A DNA stretch of 64,000 bases from Bdellovibrio sp. (GTDB lineage: Bacteria; Bdellovibrionota; Bdellovibrionia; Bdellovibrionales; Bdellovibrionaceae): positions 576,001-640,000 of the forward strand of contig JAKFBS010000004.1 in NCBI GenBank assembly GCA_036677065.1. Reading direction: 5' to 3'. Each line of letters begins with the position of its first letter. Position 1 is the stretch's first letter. Shown in pieces: positions 39,928 through 50,376 of this stretch. The notes under the pieces were generated by a model, which made no database searches, was not told where the DNA came from, and saw only the letters and a list, made by a program, of their open reading frames with translations. The position numbers and the translations under genes were made by a program.

Positions 39928-40788
39928 CTAGTTGTGAACTAATCGCTCATTTTGCATGGCAATTATTCTGCGCAGCAGTAAATCGAGGGCTTTTTGTTTT
40001 TTCTCGATGATAAGTGCTTTTTTAGATTCAGAAATTTTTGATTCTGCTTTAGGGCGTATTTTTTCAGCAGTTTCGTATTGCGAAAGCTTTAGTAAACGCG
40101 ACTCGATTTCAGAATGAGTTCCGAACTCAGATTTGCATTCATAAAGCAATTTAAGCGCTTTAGCGTAATCTTGGCGCATAGAAAAGGCATCAATCAAAGA
40201 TAAAATGCGCTCTAGTTTCGGCGAAATTTGCCCAAACGGTGCCGTGCTTGGTTCGGGCTGGGCAGGTTCTGGAGTTTCGGCCATCTGATTTAAAGATTGG
40301 GCTGAAAAATCCTTATCCGCATCGATGTCCTCATCAGCCGTCAACATTTCTAATTTTGCCACTGCTTTGCGCGCCACTGGGTGCGTTTGATTAAACATTA
40401 ATACTTTTTTAAAATCAGCTAAGGCCTGTTTGTGGCGGCCCATGCGCACATAAAGATCAGCACGCATCAGATAAGCTTGCCAGTTTTGCGGCGCTAGGCG
40501 GATCGATTTTCCGAGCAAGGCTTCAGCTTCTGGAAAATGATTTCTTGTTTTTAAAATGCGAGTTAAAATTAGCATTCCGCTCACAGAGTTTGGATGAAAA
40601 TGTAAGCCCTTTTGAAGAATGTCATAAGCTTCATCAGTCATGTCTTTTTCAAGATATAAATCTGCTAATTGAGGAAAAGATAACGAGCGTGGATTCAGCT
40701 CAAGCTCTGCTTGTAAGCTTTCGATTTTCTTCGTAGATAAATCTTTTTTAGGCATTCCATCTTGTGTCATCTGAATTAATTCTGGCAT
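39928..40788 (-). CDS. Tetratricopeptide repeat protein
   Basis: NPRSLSFPQLAD and successive TPR helices. Confidence 0.8.
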   Translation of the reverse strand: MPELIQMTQDGMPKKDLSTKKIESLQAELELNPRSLSFPQLADLYLEKDMTDEAYDILQKGLHFHPNSVSGMLILTRILKTRNHFPEAEALLGKSIRLAPQNWQAYLMRADLYVRMGRHKQALADFKKVLMFNQTHPVARKAVAKLEMLTADEDIDADKDFSAQSLNQMAETPEPAQPEPSTAPFGQISPKLERILSLIDAFSMRQDYAKALKLLYECKSEFGTHSEIESRLLKLSQYETAEKIRPKAESKISESKKALIIEKKQKALDLLLRRIIAMQNERLVHN

Positions 40789-40810
40789 TATATTGATTAT
40801 GCTGCAAGCG

Positions 40811-40836
40811 TATATGTAACATAGGTGTAGATTATG
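40811..40836 (+). promoter_or_regulatory. GTAA-N7-GTAG motif matching the radical SAM leader
   Basis: TATATGTAACATAGGTGTAGATTATG versus 2569-2594; 20/26 identical, both ending at the start ATG. Confidence 0.45.
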
Positions 40837-41361
40837 ATTATTTTAGGAATTGACCCTGGGTCACGATTTTTAGGTTTTGCAGCGCTTGAAGTAACGAGCG
40901 TGCAACCACTTATCATGAAGCCCCTTGAATACGGCGTTCTTAAATTTAATGCCGAAGAAAACCTAAGCCAAAGATTACTAGAAATCGGTGAAGGAATCGC
41001 TGATCTGATGAAAAGTTATAAACCAGATCATATGAGTTTAGAAAAAATCTTTTTAGGTAAAAATGCAGATAGCGCTTTTAAATTAGGTCACGCTCGCGGC
41101 GTAGTGATTTATGAAGCCTTAAAAGCGGGTGTCGAAGTTCACGAATACGCAACTCGTGTTGTGAAAAAAGGCATTACTGGCAATGGTGGATCAGAAAAAG
41201 AGCATGTGCGCTTAGTTGTGCAAAATCTTTTAAAACTTCCGCCGGTTAAATCTTTAGATGCCTCTGATGCCTTGGCGATGGCTTGTTATCATGCTACACA
41301 ATTACGTTTTACAGCGCTTAAAAAAACTATCGCAAAAACGAAGCGGGAGATCTCAGCATGA
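40834..41361 (+). CDS. ruvC: Holliday junction resolvase
   Basis: ILGIDPG, LGHARG and DASDALA motifs. Confidence 0.97.
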   Translation: MIILGIDPGSRFLGFAALEVTSVQPLIMKPLEYGVLKFNAEENLSQRLLEIGEGIADLMKSYKPDHMSLEKIFLGKNADSAFKLGHARGVVIYEALKAGVEVHEYATRVVKKGITGNGGSEKEHVRLVVQNLLKLPPVKSLDASDALAMACYHATQLRFTALKKTIAKTKREISA

Positions 41362-41951
41362 TCGGATTTTTAGAAGGTACAGTATTTGATGTAACCGCTG
41401 ATAATTTTATTTTAAAAGTAAATGGCGTGGGTTACGAAATCATGGCCACGACGCAAACTTTATCTGATGCCCAGGTTTTAATGGGCCAAACCTTACCGTT
41501 ATGGATTTATTCACACGTACGTGAAGATGCATTTTCACTTTTTGGTTTTTTAACAAAACCAGAAAAAGAATTTTTCATGCAATTATTAAAAGTAAATGGC
41601 ATAGGGCCTAAGATGGCCTTAACGGCGATGTCAGGGGCTCCGATGGCGCAAATCCAAACTTGGATTGAAGCCGGCGATGCAAAAGCTTTATCGGGTTTAC
41701 CTAAGATCGGTAAAAAAACGGCAGAACAAATCGTACTTACGCTTCAGGGTAAGTTAGTTATTATTGAAACTAAAGGTAAAGCGGGCGTTAAAGCCAGACC
41801 TGAAACTCACAGACAAATTGCTTCGGCTTTAGTGAATTTAGGTTTTAAGTCAAATTTAGTAGAGCAATTTGTTGATTCAGTTCCTGTCAGTGCCACTTTA
41901 GAAGATGGTGTTCGCCAAGGATTACAAAAATTGACTGGCCAAACGCTATGA
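41358..41951 (+). CDS. ruvA: Holliday junction branch migration protein A
   Basis: VNGVGY, HVRED, GIGPK and IGKKTA motifs. Confidence 0.97.
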   Translation: MIGFLEGTVFDVTADNFILKVNGVGYEIMATTQTLSDAQVLMGQTLPLWIYSHVREDAFSLFGFLTKPEKEFFMQLLKVNGIGPKMALTAMSGAPMAQIQTWIEAGDAKALSGLPKIGKKTAEQIVLTLQGKLVIIETKGKAGVKARPETHRQIASALVNLGFKSNLVEQFVDSVPVSATLEDGVRQGLQKLTGQTL

Positions 41952-42946
41952 CAAGAATTATTGAATCGGGCCAATTTGAAGCCGAAACAAAATGGGAAAA
42001 CAAACTTCGTCCGCAAAAGTTCGAAGAATTTCCGGGCCAAGATGAAGTTAAAGAAAAACTTAAAGTGTTTTTGCAGGCGGCCAAAAACCGTCAAGAGCCT
42101 TTAGATCACACGTTATTATTTGGCCCTCCGGGATTAGGTAAAACTACTTTAGCGCAAATTATCGCGCATGAATTAGACGTAGAAATTAAAATCACTTCAG
42201 CTCCGGCGATTGATAAAAAAGGTGATTTAGCAGCCATTTTAACAAGTTTAAAACCGTTTTCGATTTTATTTATTGATGAGATTCACAGGCTTCACACTTC
42301 GATTGAAGAGTATTTATATACGGCAATGGAAGACTATTACATTGATATCGTGACCGGCGAAGGCCTGGGTGCTATGTCGATGAAATTTCAATTAGCCCCA
42401 TTTACTTTAATCGGTGCAACGACACGGGCAGGGTTGTTAGATAATCCATTTCGCGATCGCTTCGGTATTCAAGAGCGTTTACAGTTTTATGATAAAGGCT
42501 CGTTACAGCAAATTCTAATCAGATCTGCTAAATTACTAGAATTAGAAATGGAACCTAACGGCGCTGAAGAAATCGCTCGTCGTGCGCGCGGAACTCCGCG
42601 TGTAGCCAATCGGTTACTAAAACGTGTGCGTGATTATGCGCAGGTTAAAGGTAATGGTGTGGTTACAGAAAAAATCGCTTTATATGCTCTTGATCAATTA
42701 GGGGTCGATAAGCATGGCTTAGACGATATGGATCGTCGTATTTTAAAATTAATGGCCGAAAAATATGAAGGCGGCCCCGTGGGAATTGAAACCATGGCAG
42801 CAGCTTTGGGTGAAGACCGCGAAACGTTAGAAGAAGTTTACGAGCCTTTCTTGATTCAAGAAGGTTTAATTCAAAAAACGCCACGCGGAAGAACATTGAC
42901 CCAGTATGCAAAGGACTTAGATGTTTTTTCAAAAAACAATTCGTAA
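41948..42946 (+). CDS. ruvB: Holliday junction DNA helicase B
   Basis: GPPGLGKTT, FIDEIHRL, GATTRAG and TPRGR motifs. Confidence 0.98.
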   Translation: MTRIIESGQFEAETKWENKLRPQKFEEFPGQDEVKEKLKVFLQAAKNRQEPLDHTLLFGPPGLGKTTLAQIIAHELDVEIKITSAPAIDKKGDLAAILTSLKPFSILFIDEIHRLHTSIEEYLYTAMEDYYIDIVTGEGLGAMSMKFQLAPFTLIGATTRAGLLDNPFRDRFGIQERLQFYDKGSLQQILIRSAKLLELEMEPNGAEEIARRARGTPRVANRLLKRVRDYAQVKGNGVVTEKIALYALDQLGVDKHGLDDMDRRILKLMAEKYEGGPVGIETMAAALGEDRETLEEVYEPFLIQEGLIQKTPRGRTLTQYAKDLDVFSKNNS

Positions 42947-43826
42947 AACAGTAGAAGTAAAAGGTGTTGGTATTCACTCAGGCGAACCGTGCACTTTGCG
43001 TTTTAAACCAGCTCCGGCAAACACGGGTGTATATTTCATTCGCGCCGATTTGCCGGGAAAACCATTTTTAAAAGTATCCGCAACAAATGTACAAGCGGTC
43101 AGTTACCAAACCGTTGTTGGCGGTGATATGTTTAAGGTGGCAACGATTGAACACTGTGTTTCATCGTTATCAGCTTTAAGAATTGATAATATTTATATTG
43201 AATTAGACGGCCCAGAAATTCCGATCTGTGACGGCAGTTCGATTTATTTCACACAAGCTTTAATGAACGCAGAACTTATCGAATTAGATGAGCCCAGAAA
43301 ATACTGTTATATCACTGAACCGATCAGTTATTCTGAAGGCGACAAACATGCCTACGTGCTTCCATATTATGGATTACGTATTGCTGTGACTATTGATTTT
43401 CCACACCCTGTCATTGGTAAAGAGACAATTGATCTAGAAATCACCGAGCAATCTTTTGCCCGTGAAATTGCGCCCGCAAGAACTTTCGGCTTTTTAAAAG
43501 ATGTTGAGCAATTAAAAGCTTCTGGTTTAGCCAAAGGGGGCTCATTAGATAATTGCATCGTCTTAGATGATACTAAAGTGATTAACCCAGACGGTTTACG
43601 TTACAAAGATGAATTCGTTCGCCATAAAGTCTTAGATGCCTTAGGCGATTTAGTGACTTTAGAAATGCCATTGATGGGCCATTTAATTTTACACAAAGCC
43701 GGTCATGATATTATGAACAAATTAGTTCGTAAAATCGTATCACAGCCGCAAAGCTATCGTTTTGTTGAATTAGGCGCCGATGTCTCAAGTGAAATGAAAA
43801 AATTTGCACAGTGGAGTGTAGGCTAA
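42921..43826 (+). CDS. lpxC: UDP-3-O-acyl-GlcNAc deacetylase
   Basis: GVGIHSG, TIEH, APARTFGF and RHKVLDALGD motifs. Confidence 0.97.
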   Translation: MFFQKTIRKTVEVKGVGIHSGEPCTLRFKPAPANTGVYFIRADLPGKPFLKVSATNVQAVSYQTVVGGDMFKVATIEHCVSSLSALRIDNIYIELDGPEIPICDGSSIYFTQALMNAELIELDEPRKYCYITEPISYSEGDKHAYVLPYYGLRIAVTIDFPHPVIGKETIDLEITEQSFAREIAPARTFGFLKDVEQLKASGLAKGGSLDNCIVLDDTKVINPDGLRYKDEFVRHKVLDALGDLVTLEMPLMGHLILHKAGHDIMNKLVRKIVSQPQSYRFVELGADVSSEMKKFAQWSVG

Positions 43827-43830
43827 AAAC

Positions 43831-44265
43831 ATGGGGACGAAGTTATCTCCGGCAGCTGATGTTTTTGTTTTAAATTCAGAAAATAAAGTTTTATTAGTGA
43901 AAAGAACCGATAACGGTTTTTGGTGTTTGCCTGGCGGTAAGCAAGACCTTGGCGAAACACCGGCAGAATGCGCCGTTCGCGAATGTTTTGAAGAATCAGG
44001 TTATAAAGTAAAAATCACCGGCTTATTAGGCGTTTACAGTTCGCAATGTTACGAATACAAAAACTACCCCTGGAAAGACAACGAATTCTGCCATGTCTGT
44101 TATCGCGGCGAAGTGATCGGCGGCGAACCGACATTATCACATGAAACCAGCGAAATCGGCTGGTTTGCAGAAAACGAAATTCCCCCTTTATCAGACGGCC
44201 ACGACGTGCGCATTGAATTAGGTTTCAAAATGCGTAATCAAACTTTAAACGGCCATTTCGAATAA
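43831..44265 (+). CDS. NUDIX hydrolase
   Basis: Nudix box GGKQDLGETPAECAVRECFEESG. Confidence 0.92.
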   Translation: MGTKLSPAADVFVLNSENKVLLVKRTDNGFWCLPGGKQDLGETPAECAVRECFEESGYKVKITGLLGVYSSQCYEYKNYPWKDNEFCHVCYRGEVIGGEPTLSHETSEIGWFAENEIPPLSDGHDVRIELGFKMRNQTLNGHFE

Positions 44266-44282
44266 AATAAATGCTTATAAAA

Positions 44283-44330
44283 CGGCGCTCAGGGTTTCAG
44301 TCAACATTGTTGACCTAAACCCCGAGCGAA
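44283..44330. repeat. 48-bp REP-like palindrome, copy 1
   Basis: CGGCGCTCAGGGTTTCAGTCAACATTGTTGACCTAAACCCCGAGCGAA; 46/48 identical to the reverse complement of 55662-55709. Confidence 0.85.
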
Positions 44331-44390
44331 AAAAAATGACACATTATTATTCACTTGTGGAAAGGTTTTAAATCTTTAAAACTGCTCGGC

Positions 44391-44801
44391 ATGGCTTTTA
44401 AGAAAGTGAATGAAAATACGCCGTTTACCAAAGCGGTGATTAAGATGGTCAAAAGAATTCCGAAAGGAAAAGTGGCTAGCTACGGGCAGATCGCAAAGAT
44501 TTCTGGTAATGCCGGTGGTTCACGCGGTGTAGCTTGGATTTTACATGCTTGTTCGAAAAAGTATAAACTGCCATGGCACCGGGTGATTAATTCGCAAGGT
44601 AAGATTTCTTTTGATAAAACCACCAAAGAATTTAGAAATCAGAAAAACTTGTTAGTTAAAGAAGGCGTGATTTTTTCTGATAGCAGTGTCGTGAATTTTA
44701 AAAAATTTCAGTGGAGCAAAAAAAATGCTCCGAAAAGAAAAATTTCTGCGGCTATTTCTGGTGAAGTGCCAGCAAAAAAACAGCCAAAAATGTTTGGTTA
44801 A
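44391..44801 (+). CDS. Alkyltransferase-like (Atl/MGMT family) protein
   Basis: IPKGKVASYGQIA and PWHRV (Trp in place of the catalytic Cys). Confidence 0.88.
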   Translation: MAFKKVNENTPFTKAVIKMVKRIPKGKVASYGQIAKISGNAGGSRGVAWILHACSKKYKLPWHRVINSQGKISFDKTTKEFRNQKNLLVKEGVIFSDSSVVNFKKFQWSKKNAPKRKISAAISGEVPAKKQPKMFG

Positions 44802-44815
44802 TTTAAGGATTATTT

Positions 44816-45154
44816 ATGAAATATAAAATGTATGGCATTCCTAATTGTGACACGGTTAAAAAAGCGCGCATGGCTTTAGAGAAAAAGAAAATTGCTTATG
44901 ACTTTGTTGATTTTAAAAAGACTCCGCCGACGGCCGAAGATTTAAAACGTTGGGGAAAAGTTTTTGGTGAGCTTCCGGCAAATAAAAAAGGGCCCACATT
45001 TCGTAAAATTAAAGAGCTGTTTGATAAGGCTTCACCCAAGCAACAATTGGATTTATTGCTGGAAAATACCTCGGCCATTAAACGGCCTATCTTAGAATCG
45101 GGAGCTAAAGTGTTATGCTTTGGTTACGATGAAGACCTCTATAAGAAGCTATAA
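44816..45154 (+). CDS. ArsC/YffB family protein
   Basis: YGIPNCDTVKKA and IKRP motifs. Confidence 0.9.
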   Translation: MKYKMYGIPNCDTVKKARMALEKKKIAYDFVDFKKTPPTAEDLKRWGKVFGELPANKKGPTFRKIKELFDKASPKQQLDLLLENTSAIKRPILESGAKVLCFGYDEDLYKKL

Positions 45155-45164
45155 CTCGTATAGC

Positions 45165-45363
45165 TAATCTATTGCATTTTCCTGCGTGAAAAATGTGCAC
45201 GAACCTATGGTAAATAGGACATGTGCCTTTGGCTCAGGACCGCCAAAAATTAGATTAATTGCCCTTTTTGAGAGGCGCTGGTAGCTTCGTGGTCTCTCAA
45301 AATTTAACCACGCAAACGCCTTGGGTGTGAGCGGGAAAAAGTCGCGTCGCTGACGCGCAGGAG
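45165..45363 (+). other. Structured leader upstream of ald
   Basis: Candidate four-way junction (45165-45257), TTTGAGAG/CTCTCAAA stem and a GC hairpin abutting the SD. Confidence 0.35.
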
Positions 45364-45369
45364 TACAGT

Positions 45370-46476
45370 ATGATTATCGGAGTTCCAAAAGAAATTAAAA
45401 TCAGTGAAAACCGCGTTGGTATGACTGAAGCGGGTGCTAAACAGTTCACTAAAGAGGGTCACAAAGTGATCATCGAAAAAGATGCTGGTGTTGGCAGCGG
45501 TATTACGAATGAGCAATACGAAAAAGCTGGCGCAACTATCATCGATACTAAAAAAGAAGTTTACGCTAAAGCTGATATGATCATGAAAGTGAAAGAACCA
45601 CTTCCGGCTGAATATGAATTAATGCGTGAAAACCAAATCATGTACACATACCTTCACTTAGCTGCTGAACCTGAATTAACTAAAGTATTATGTCAGAAAA
45701 AAGTTAAAGCTATCGCTTACGAAACTATCCAATTAGAAAACGGTTCTTTACCATTATTAACTCCGATGTCTGAAGTGGCTGGCCGCATGGCGACTCAGGT
45801 TGGTGCTTTCTACTTACAAAAAGATCACGGCGGCAAAGGTATTTTATTAGGTGGTGTAACAGGAGTTATGCCAGGTAAAGTAACTATCATCGGTGGTGGT
45901 GTTGTAGGAACTAACGCAGCTAAAATGGCTGTTGGTTTAGGCGCACAGGTAACTATCTTAGACGTATCAACGGCTCGTTTAGAGTACTTAGATGATATTT
46001 TTCAAGGTCGCGCACAAACTTTATTCTCTAATGCTAAAAATATCGAAGAAGCAGTTCTTGATTCTGACTTAGTTGTTGGTGGCGTTCTTATCACTGGTCA
46101 CAAAGCTCCGACATTAGTTACTAAAGACATGATCTCAGGAATGAGAAAAGGTTCTGTAGTTGTAGACGTTGCCGTTGACCAAGGTGGTTGTATCGAGACT
46201 TGCCGTCCAACTTCACACACGACTCCTACGTACGAAGTTGATGGCGTAATCCATTACTGTGTACCTAATATGCCAGGTGTTGTGCCTCGTACATCAACTT
46301 ACGCTTTAACTAACGTAACGTTAAAATACGGTTCAATGATCGCTGCTATGGGTGTTGAAGATGCTATCGCTAAAAACAAGCCTTTAATGAAAGGTTTAAA
46401 TGTTTACGGCGGCTACGTATGTTACGAGCCAGTAGCTAAAGATTTAGGTATGGAATACCGTCCGTACAAAATCTAG
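45370..46476 (+). CDS. ald: Alanine dehydrogenase
   Basis: [27 protein letters not shown] and VPNMPG motifs. Confidence 0.98.
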   Translation: MIIGVPKEIKISENRVGMTEAGAKQFTKEGHKVIIEKDAGVGSGITNEQYEKAGATIIDTKKEVYAKADMIMKVKEPLPAEYELMRENQIMYTYLHLAAEPELTKVLCQKKVKAIAYETIQLENGSLPLLTPMSEVAGRMATQVGAFYLQKDHGGKGILLGGVTGVMPGKVTIIGGGVVGTNAAKMAVGLGAQVTILDVSTARLEYLDDIFQGRAQTLFSNAKNIEEAVLDSDLVVGGVLITGHKAPTLVTKDMISGMRKGSVVVDVAVDQGGCIETCRPTSHTTPTYEVDGVIHYCVPNMPGVVPRTSTYALTNVTLKYGSMIAAMGVEDAIAKNKPLMKGLNVYGGYVCYEPVAKDLGMEYRPYKI

Positions 46477-46491
46477 TGAGCTAAGAATTAG

Positions 46492-47220
46492 CTAGTAGAT
46501 AATCGCCGTGTTGCCCCAGTCTTCAGTTTTGATCAGGGGCACGCGATGATGTTTCAATCGTTTTAAAACCTCTTCATGGGGATGATTAAATTTGGCCATG
46601 CGTGATTGCACGATGGCCATTTTTATTTGTGGCAGGCCCTTTAAGAGTAAATCGCTCGTGCTGGTGCGGCTGCCGTGATGGCCTAACAGTAAATAATCAA
46701 TTTTGTGTGTTTTAAGCCGATTAACCCAGGTTTTTTCCATCTTCTTAGACGAATCGCCGGGGATTAAAATGTTTTTGTATCTGTACACAAAAGAGCTATC
46801 GTTCTTATTTGAAAAATCACTGGGCTTAAAGACACGCTCTTGGTGTAAGTCATTCGACTTTGCACATAAGGCAATCTTGCGGGTTAAACGCTTTGCGGGA
46901 ATCGACGTGTGATCAAGCTCACTCCAGCAGATTTTCGGAATATATTTAACCAGCATCGAATAATAAGCGTAATGATCTAAATCTGGATGCGATAATCTTA
47001 AAGTGTTTTGTTTGTTTTTGCAGAGCTTTAAAAATAAATTCTGATTTTTTCTCCAGGGGCCGAGTTCGCCGCCAAAATCAAAGTGCCTGCATTCATCAGG
47101 CGTGACGGCAGTGATCCATTGCCCTTGGCCAACGTTCCAGAAAATCACGTATAAATACGATGATTTATTTGCACATAAAGTCGAATGCAGAAATAGCCAA
47201 AAAAATATTAGTTTAGACAT
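46492..47220 (-). CDS. ComEC C-terminal metallo-beta-lactamase domain as a stand-alone gene
   Basis: NVGQG, SHPDLDH, GD and HHGS motifs. Confidence 0.85.
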   Translation of the reverse strand: MSKLIFFWLFLHSTLCANKSSYLYVIFWNVGQGQWITAVTPDECRHFDFGGELGPWRKNQNLFLKLCKNKQNTLRLSHPDLDHYAYYSMLVKYIPKICWSELDHTSIPAKRLTRKIALCAKSNDLHQERVFKPSDFSNKNDSSFVYRYKNILIPGDSSKKMEKTWVNRLKTHKIDYLLLGHHGSRTSTSDLLLKGLPQIKMAIVQSRMAKFNHPHEEVLKRLKHHRVPLIKTEDWGNTAIIY

Positions 47221-48104
47221 GTCACTGGCTTTCTTGCGAAATAATTTAAAAATAAGTGAAGCGCGATAATTAACACCCAGTTGATAAAAATCATTTTTTC
47301 GCTATCGTAAGGGCGAAAAATCACGGTGAGTTCAAGTTTAGATAAAATCATATTCAAACTAACTATTAAAAAATCGAATATTGAACCTAAAAATGGAAAT
47401 AGAAATACAGCTAAAGCGAGCGGAAATAAAACGTACTCTAAAAATTTAGTGAAAACGGTGGATACTCCGATTGATGCTGGTTGTGGAATTCCGATGAAAT
47501 TAAATGTCGCCAGATATTGAAAATAGAAAATAGAATTTTTAAAAAATGAATTCGCTTTGGCGAAAAAATAACTGATCACACTTAAAGTCAAAGCTGCAAT
47601 CCAGCTCATTTGCAGCGATAAAGAATTGATCCACGCTGGCGAAAGAATTAAACAAATTAAACCCGACACTAAAACCAGGTTTTCGGTTTTCCATTTTAAA
47701 TTTATTTTTTCAATAACTGCTAAAATGAGCAGCGCTATAAAACTGCGCATGATAGGTGGATTGAAATTGCAAACGCCACAGTACAAAAATAAGAGCGAAA
47801 ATGTAGCTACTTTGTTACATAATAAATATAAAATTATTTTTCGCAAAATCATGAGGTGAGATGCCGACACAACAAATAAATGAATTAACCCCGACGCGAT
47901 TAATAAATTCGACTGCGCAGGGTCAGAAAAGTTTTTTCCGCACACTAAAGCTTGTAAGGATTCAAAAGATCTTACATGGTCGGACGCTGCTTCAACACAA
48001 GCTGAATGGAGTTGTGAACAAAATCCGATCAAAAAATCAATAACCGAAAAGCGGATGGTGTGTGATATTAACACTATGTAGATTAAAATATAGACGAAGT
48101 TCAT
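47208..48104 (-). CDS. comEC: ComEC/Rec2 competence (channel) domain
   Basis: SGLIHLFVVSASH, PPIMRS and SLQMSW motifs. Confidence 0.85.
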   Translation of the reverse strand: MNFVYILIYIVLISHTIRFSVIDFLIGFCSQLHSACVEAASDHVRSFESLQALVCGKNFSDPAQSNLLIASGLIHLFVVSASHLMILRKIILYLLCNKVATFSLLFLYCGVCNFNPPIMRSFIALLILAVIEKINLKWKTENLVLVSGLICLILSPAWINSLSLQMSWIAALTLSVISYFFAKANSFFKNSIFYFQYLATFNFIGIPQPASIGVSTVFTKFLEYVLFPLALAVFLFPFLGSIFDFLIVSLNMILSKLELTVIFRPYDSEKMIFINWVLIIALHLFLNYFARKPVTCLN

Positions 48105-48357
48105 GCGTTCTATGCAATTGCAAAGCGCACAAATTTAAGATTTCTGAAAAATTTTTTAAGATTTATTGGCTTTTTTAGAAATGATTAATTTAATCAAATA
48201 CTTAACTGAGGTTGAATTATAAGCAAATCGCTGAAAACACTGATAATCAACGGGTCCAAAGTCCAGAAACATGAGTTAATAACATTTTATGTGGATAAGT
48301 CGGATAACTTTATTGAATTAGGTTCAAGAGTTGAGTTTAATTATATCAGGGGGCGAC

Positions 48358-48798
48358 ATGAGATTTTCACTTCTTATCACTTTACTATTTTTTTCATTTT
48401 TTAGCTGCCAGTCAATGAGCAGGAATTCTAAGTCAACAATTTCGGCGCCTAAAAAAACTGTGTCTACTAAATCGCCAGCGACAAAAGTTGCAACAAAAGT
48501 AGATACAGTTAAGCAACCTGCTGTAAATCCGGCGTTGGGGCAAAAAAGTATTTACGAAGAGTTAACTGGTAAAAAAGGCGTGTCTGCGAAACAAGCACCA
48601 ACTCGTATTTTAGAAATGGCACGTGATGCGAAATGGAAACGTGATTACGTTACCGCGCTTAAAAGATACAACACGATTATAGTTAAATATCCAAAATCAA
48701 AAGAAGTGCGCCAAGCTTATTTAGATAAAGCAGCCTTGTACCGCGAGATGGGCTTATTGCAACAATCTAAATACAATATGGAGAAGGCTAAAAAATAA
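48358..48798 (+). CDS. Lipoprotein with TPR-like (CpoB/BamD-like) C-terminus
   Basis: Lipobox FFSC; Y..AL..Y..I..KYPKS pattern; SD GGGGG. Confidence 0.7.
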   Translation: MRFSLLITLLFFSFFSCQSMSRNSKSTISAPKKTVSTKSPATKVATKVDTVKQPAVNPALGQKSIYEELTGKKGVSAKQAPTRILEMARDAKWKRDYVTALKRYNTIIVKYPKSKEVRQAYLDKAALYREMGLLQQSKYNMEKAKK

Positions 48799-50357
48799 TG
48801 ATTTGTCGCTTTAGAAAAAGCATCTTTGTAACGGCAGCAGCAATCAGTTTTATTTTTCTTCCAGCCTTGAGCCAGGAAGATCCTGCTGCGCCATCTACGC
48901 CTCCTGCTGCTCCAACAGGTCAAGAGATGCCGGCAAGCCGTCCTAAATATGATATCGAATTAAATAAAGACAGTAGTTCGTTTGTTCCGGATCCAGATTC
49001 GTTAGATCCATTGCCATTAAAAAAAGAATCGTTAAAAGAAGACGATGAACCTGTATTAGATGACATCAAATCGATTCTTAAAACTAAAGCTAAGAAGCCA
49101 AAAGCAGGTGCTGCCAAACCTGGCGATGGTGCGACTGCGGCTCCGGTAAAAAAAGCTAAGAAAAAAGTCGCACGCAAAGCTAAAAAATCTGCGCCGGTTG
49201 TTGATACTTCGAACTTATCGCCAGATGATCCAGATTTGGCTTTAGAGCAAAAATTTAACGATATCTATAATAAGTATAACATCAATCCAACTTCTGACGA
49301 TGTTTGGGGAGCTGCTTCAAGCAAAGCCGCTCAAGTGTACGATGTGCAAAAAGGGGATACGTTATTTACGATCAGCCGTACCCTGTTTGGTGATCCGCAA
49401 TTTTGGCCAAAAATCTGGGCCTTAAACAATGGCGGCATTACAAATCCACATAACATTGCACCCGGAACTAAAATTTATTTCTATCCTGGTGATGGCGGAG
49501 CAGCGCCTTCGATGTCAGTGGGAAGTGAGTCTCCTGAACGTGCGGCATGGGTTGATCCCGATGCGCCAGTTATTCGTGATACGACAACGAAACAAAACAC
49601 CGAATTTAATAAATTAGTTCAAGAAGGTGTTAAGGGTAAAACTGATGTGCAAAATATTCCGCCGAGTTTTCCGCCTTTTTCAGTGAGTGCGAAATATTTT
49701 GCTGCGGCGAAGTCGACAAAATTTTTAATTACTCCAGCCGCTGAAATCGTAGATCGTGATCCGGAAAATCCATTTATTTTGACCTCGTCGATAATCACGA
49801 CTGAATATAAGGTGATGGAAAAAAATGCGAACTCGTTAGTTTGTAAAGATAACCAGTATGTTCCTGCGGTTATTAAAATTGGCAAGAACGCAAAACCAGG
49901 CCGCTACAGTATGTTGGTGCAAGAGAGTTTTAACTTTGGTCAGCTAAAACGCACATACATTTATCGCATTATCGGCGAAGCGGATGTGGGAAGTGATGAA
50001 TCACTTCGTATTTCTCAGTGTATTAAGCCGGTTAATACGGATGTGCTGCTTGTGAGCAGCGAAGATCTTGCTGAAGTAAAACCGCCGAATGAGTTGATTC
50101 CAAATACACGCTCACAAATTATTGAAGGCGTTGAAGTGAATGCCCAACAGTATTATTATGCTCATCAATATGTGATTTTAAACATGAGCCAGTTGCCAGC
50201 GCTTGAAGGTGCTGATTTAAAAGTTTATTCGGCATCAGCTGGTGGCGTTGTCGGAGAAATTCGTATTTTAAAACGCACGGGCACCATGGCTATTGGTTAT
50301 GTGATGAATAACGATGACCTGGTTCAAGTGGGTGATCGCGTGATTATTCCGGAATAG
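48798..50357 (+). CDS. Exported LysM protein (TsaP-like position upstream of dprA)
   Basis: Signal peptide; LysM YDVQKGDTLFTIS...FWPKIWALN...ITNPHNI.PG. Confidence 0.8.
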   Translation: MICRFRKSIFVTAAAISFIFLPALSQEDPAAPSTPPAAPTGQEMPASRPKYDIELNKDSSSFVPDPDSLDPLPLKKESLKEDDEPVLDDIKSILKTKAKKPKAGAAKPGDGATAAPVKKAKKKVARKAKKSAPVVDTSNLSPDDPDLALEQKFNDIYNKYNINPTSDDVWGAASSKAAQVYDVQKGDTLFTISRTLFGDPQFWPKIWALNNGGITNPHNIAPGTKIYFYPGDGGAAPSMSVGSESPERAAWVDPDAPVIRDTTTKQNTEFNKLVQEGVKGKTDVQNIPPSFPPFSVSAKYFAAAKSTKFLITPAAEIVDRDPENPFILTSSIITTEYKVMEKNANSLVCKDNQYVPAVIKIGKNAKPGRYSMLVQESFNFGQLKRTYIYRIIGEADVGSDESLRISQCIKPVNTDVLLVSSEDLAEVKPPNELIPNTRSQIIEGVEVNAQQYYYAHQYVILNMSQLPALEGADLKVYSASAGGVVGEIRILKRTGTMAIGYVMNNDDLVQVGDRVIIPE

Positions 50358-50376
50358 ATATTGTATAAGTACGGTT

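Noticed and set aside
48290..48298. Perfect DnaA box TGTGGATAA, possible oriC
   Set aside because: Single perfect box with no cluster and no dnaA/dnaN/gidA context; one 9-mer hit in 64 kb can occur by chance.
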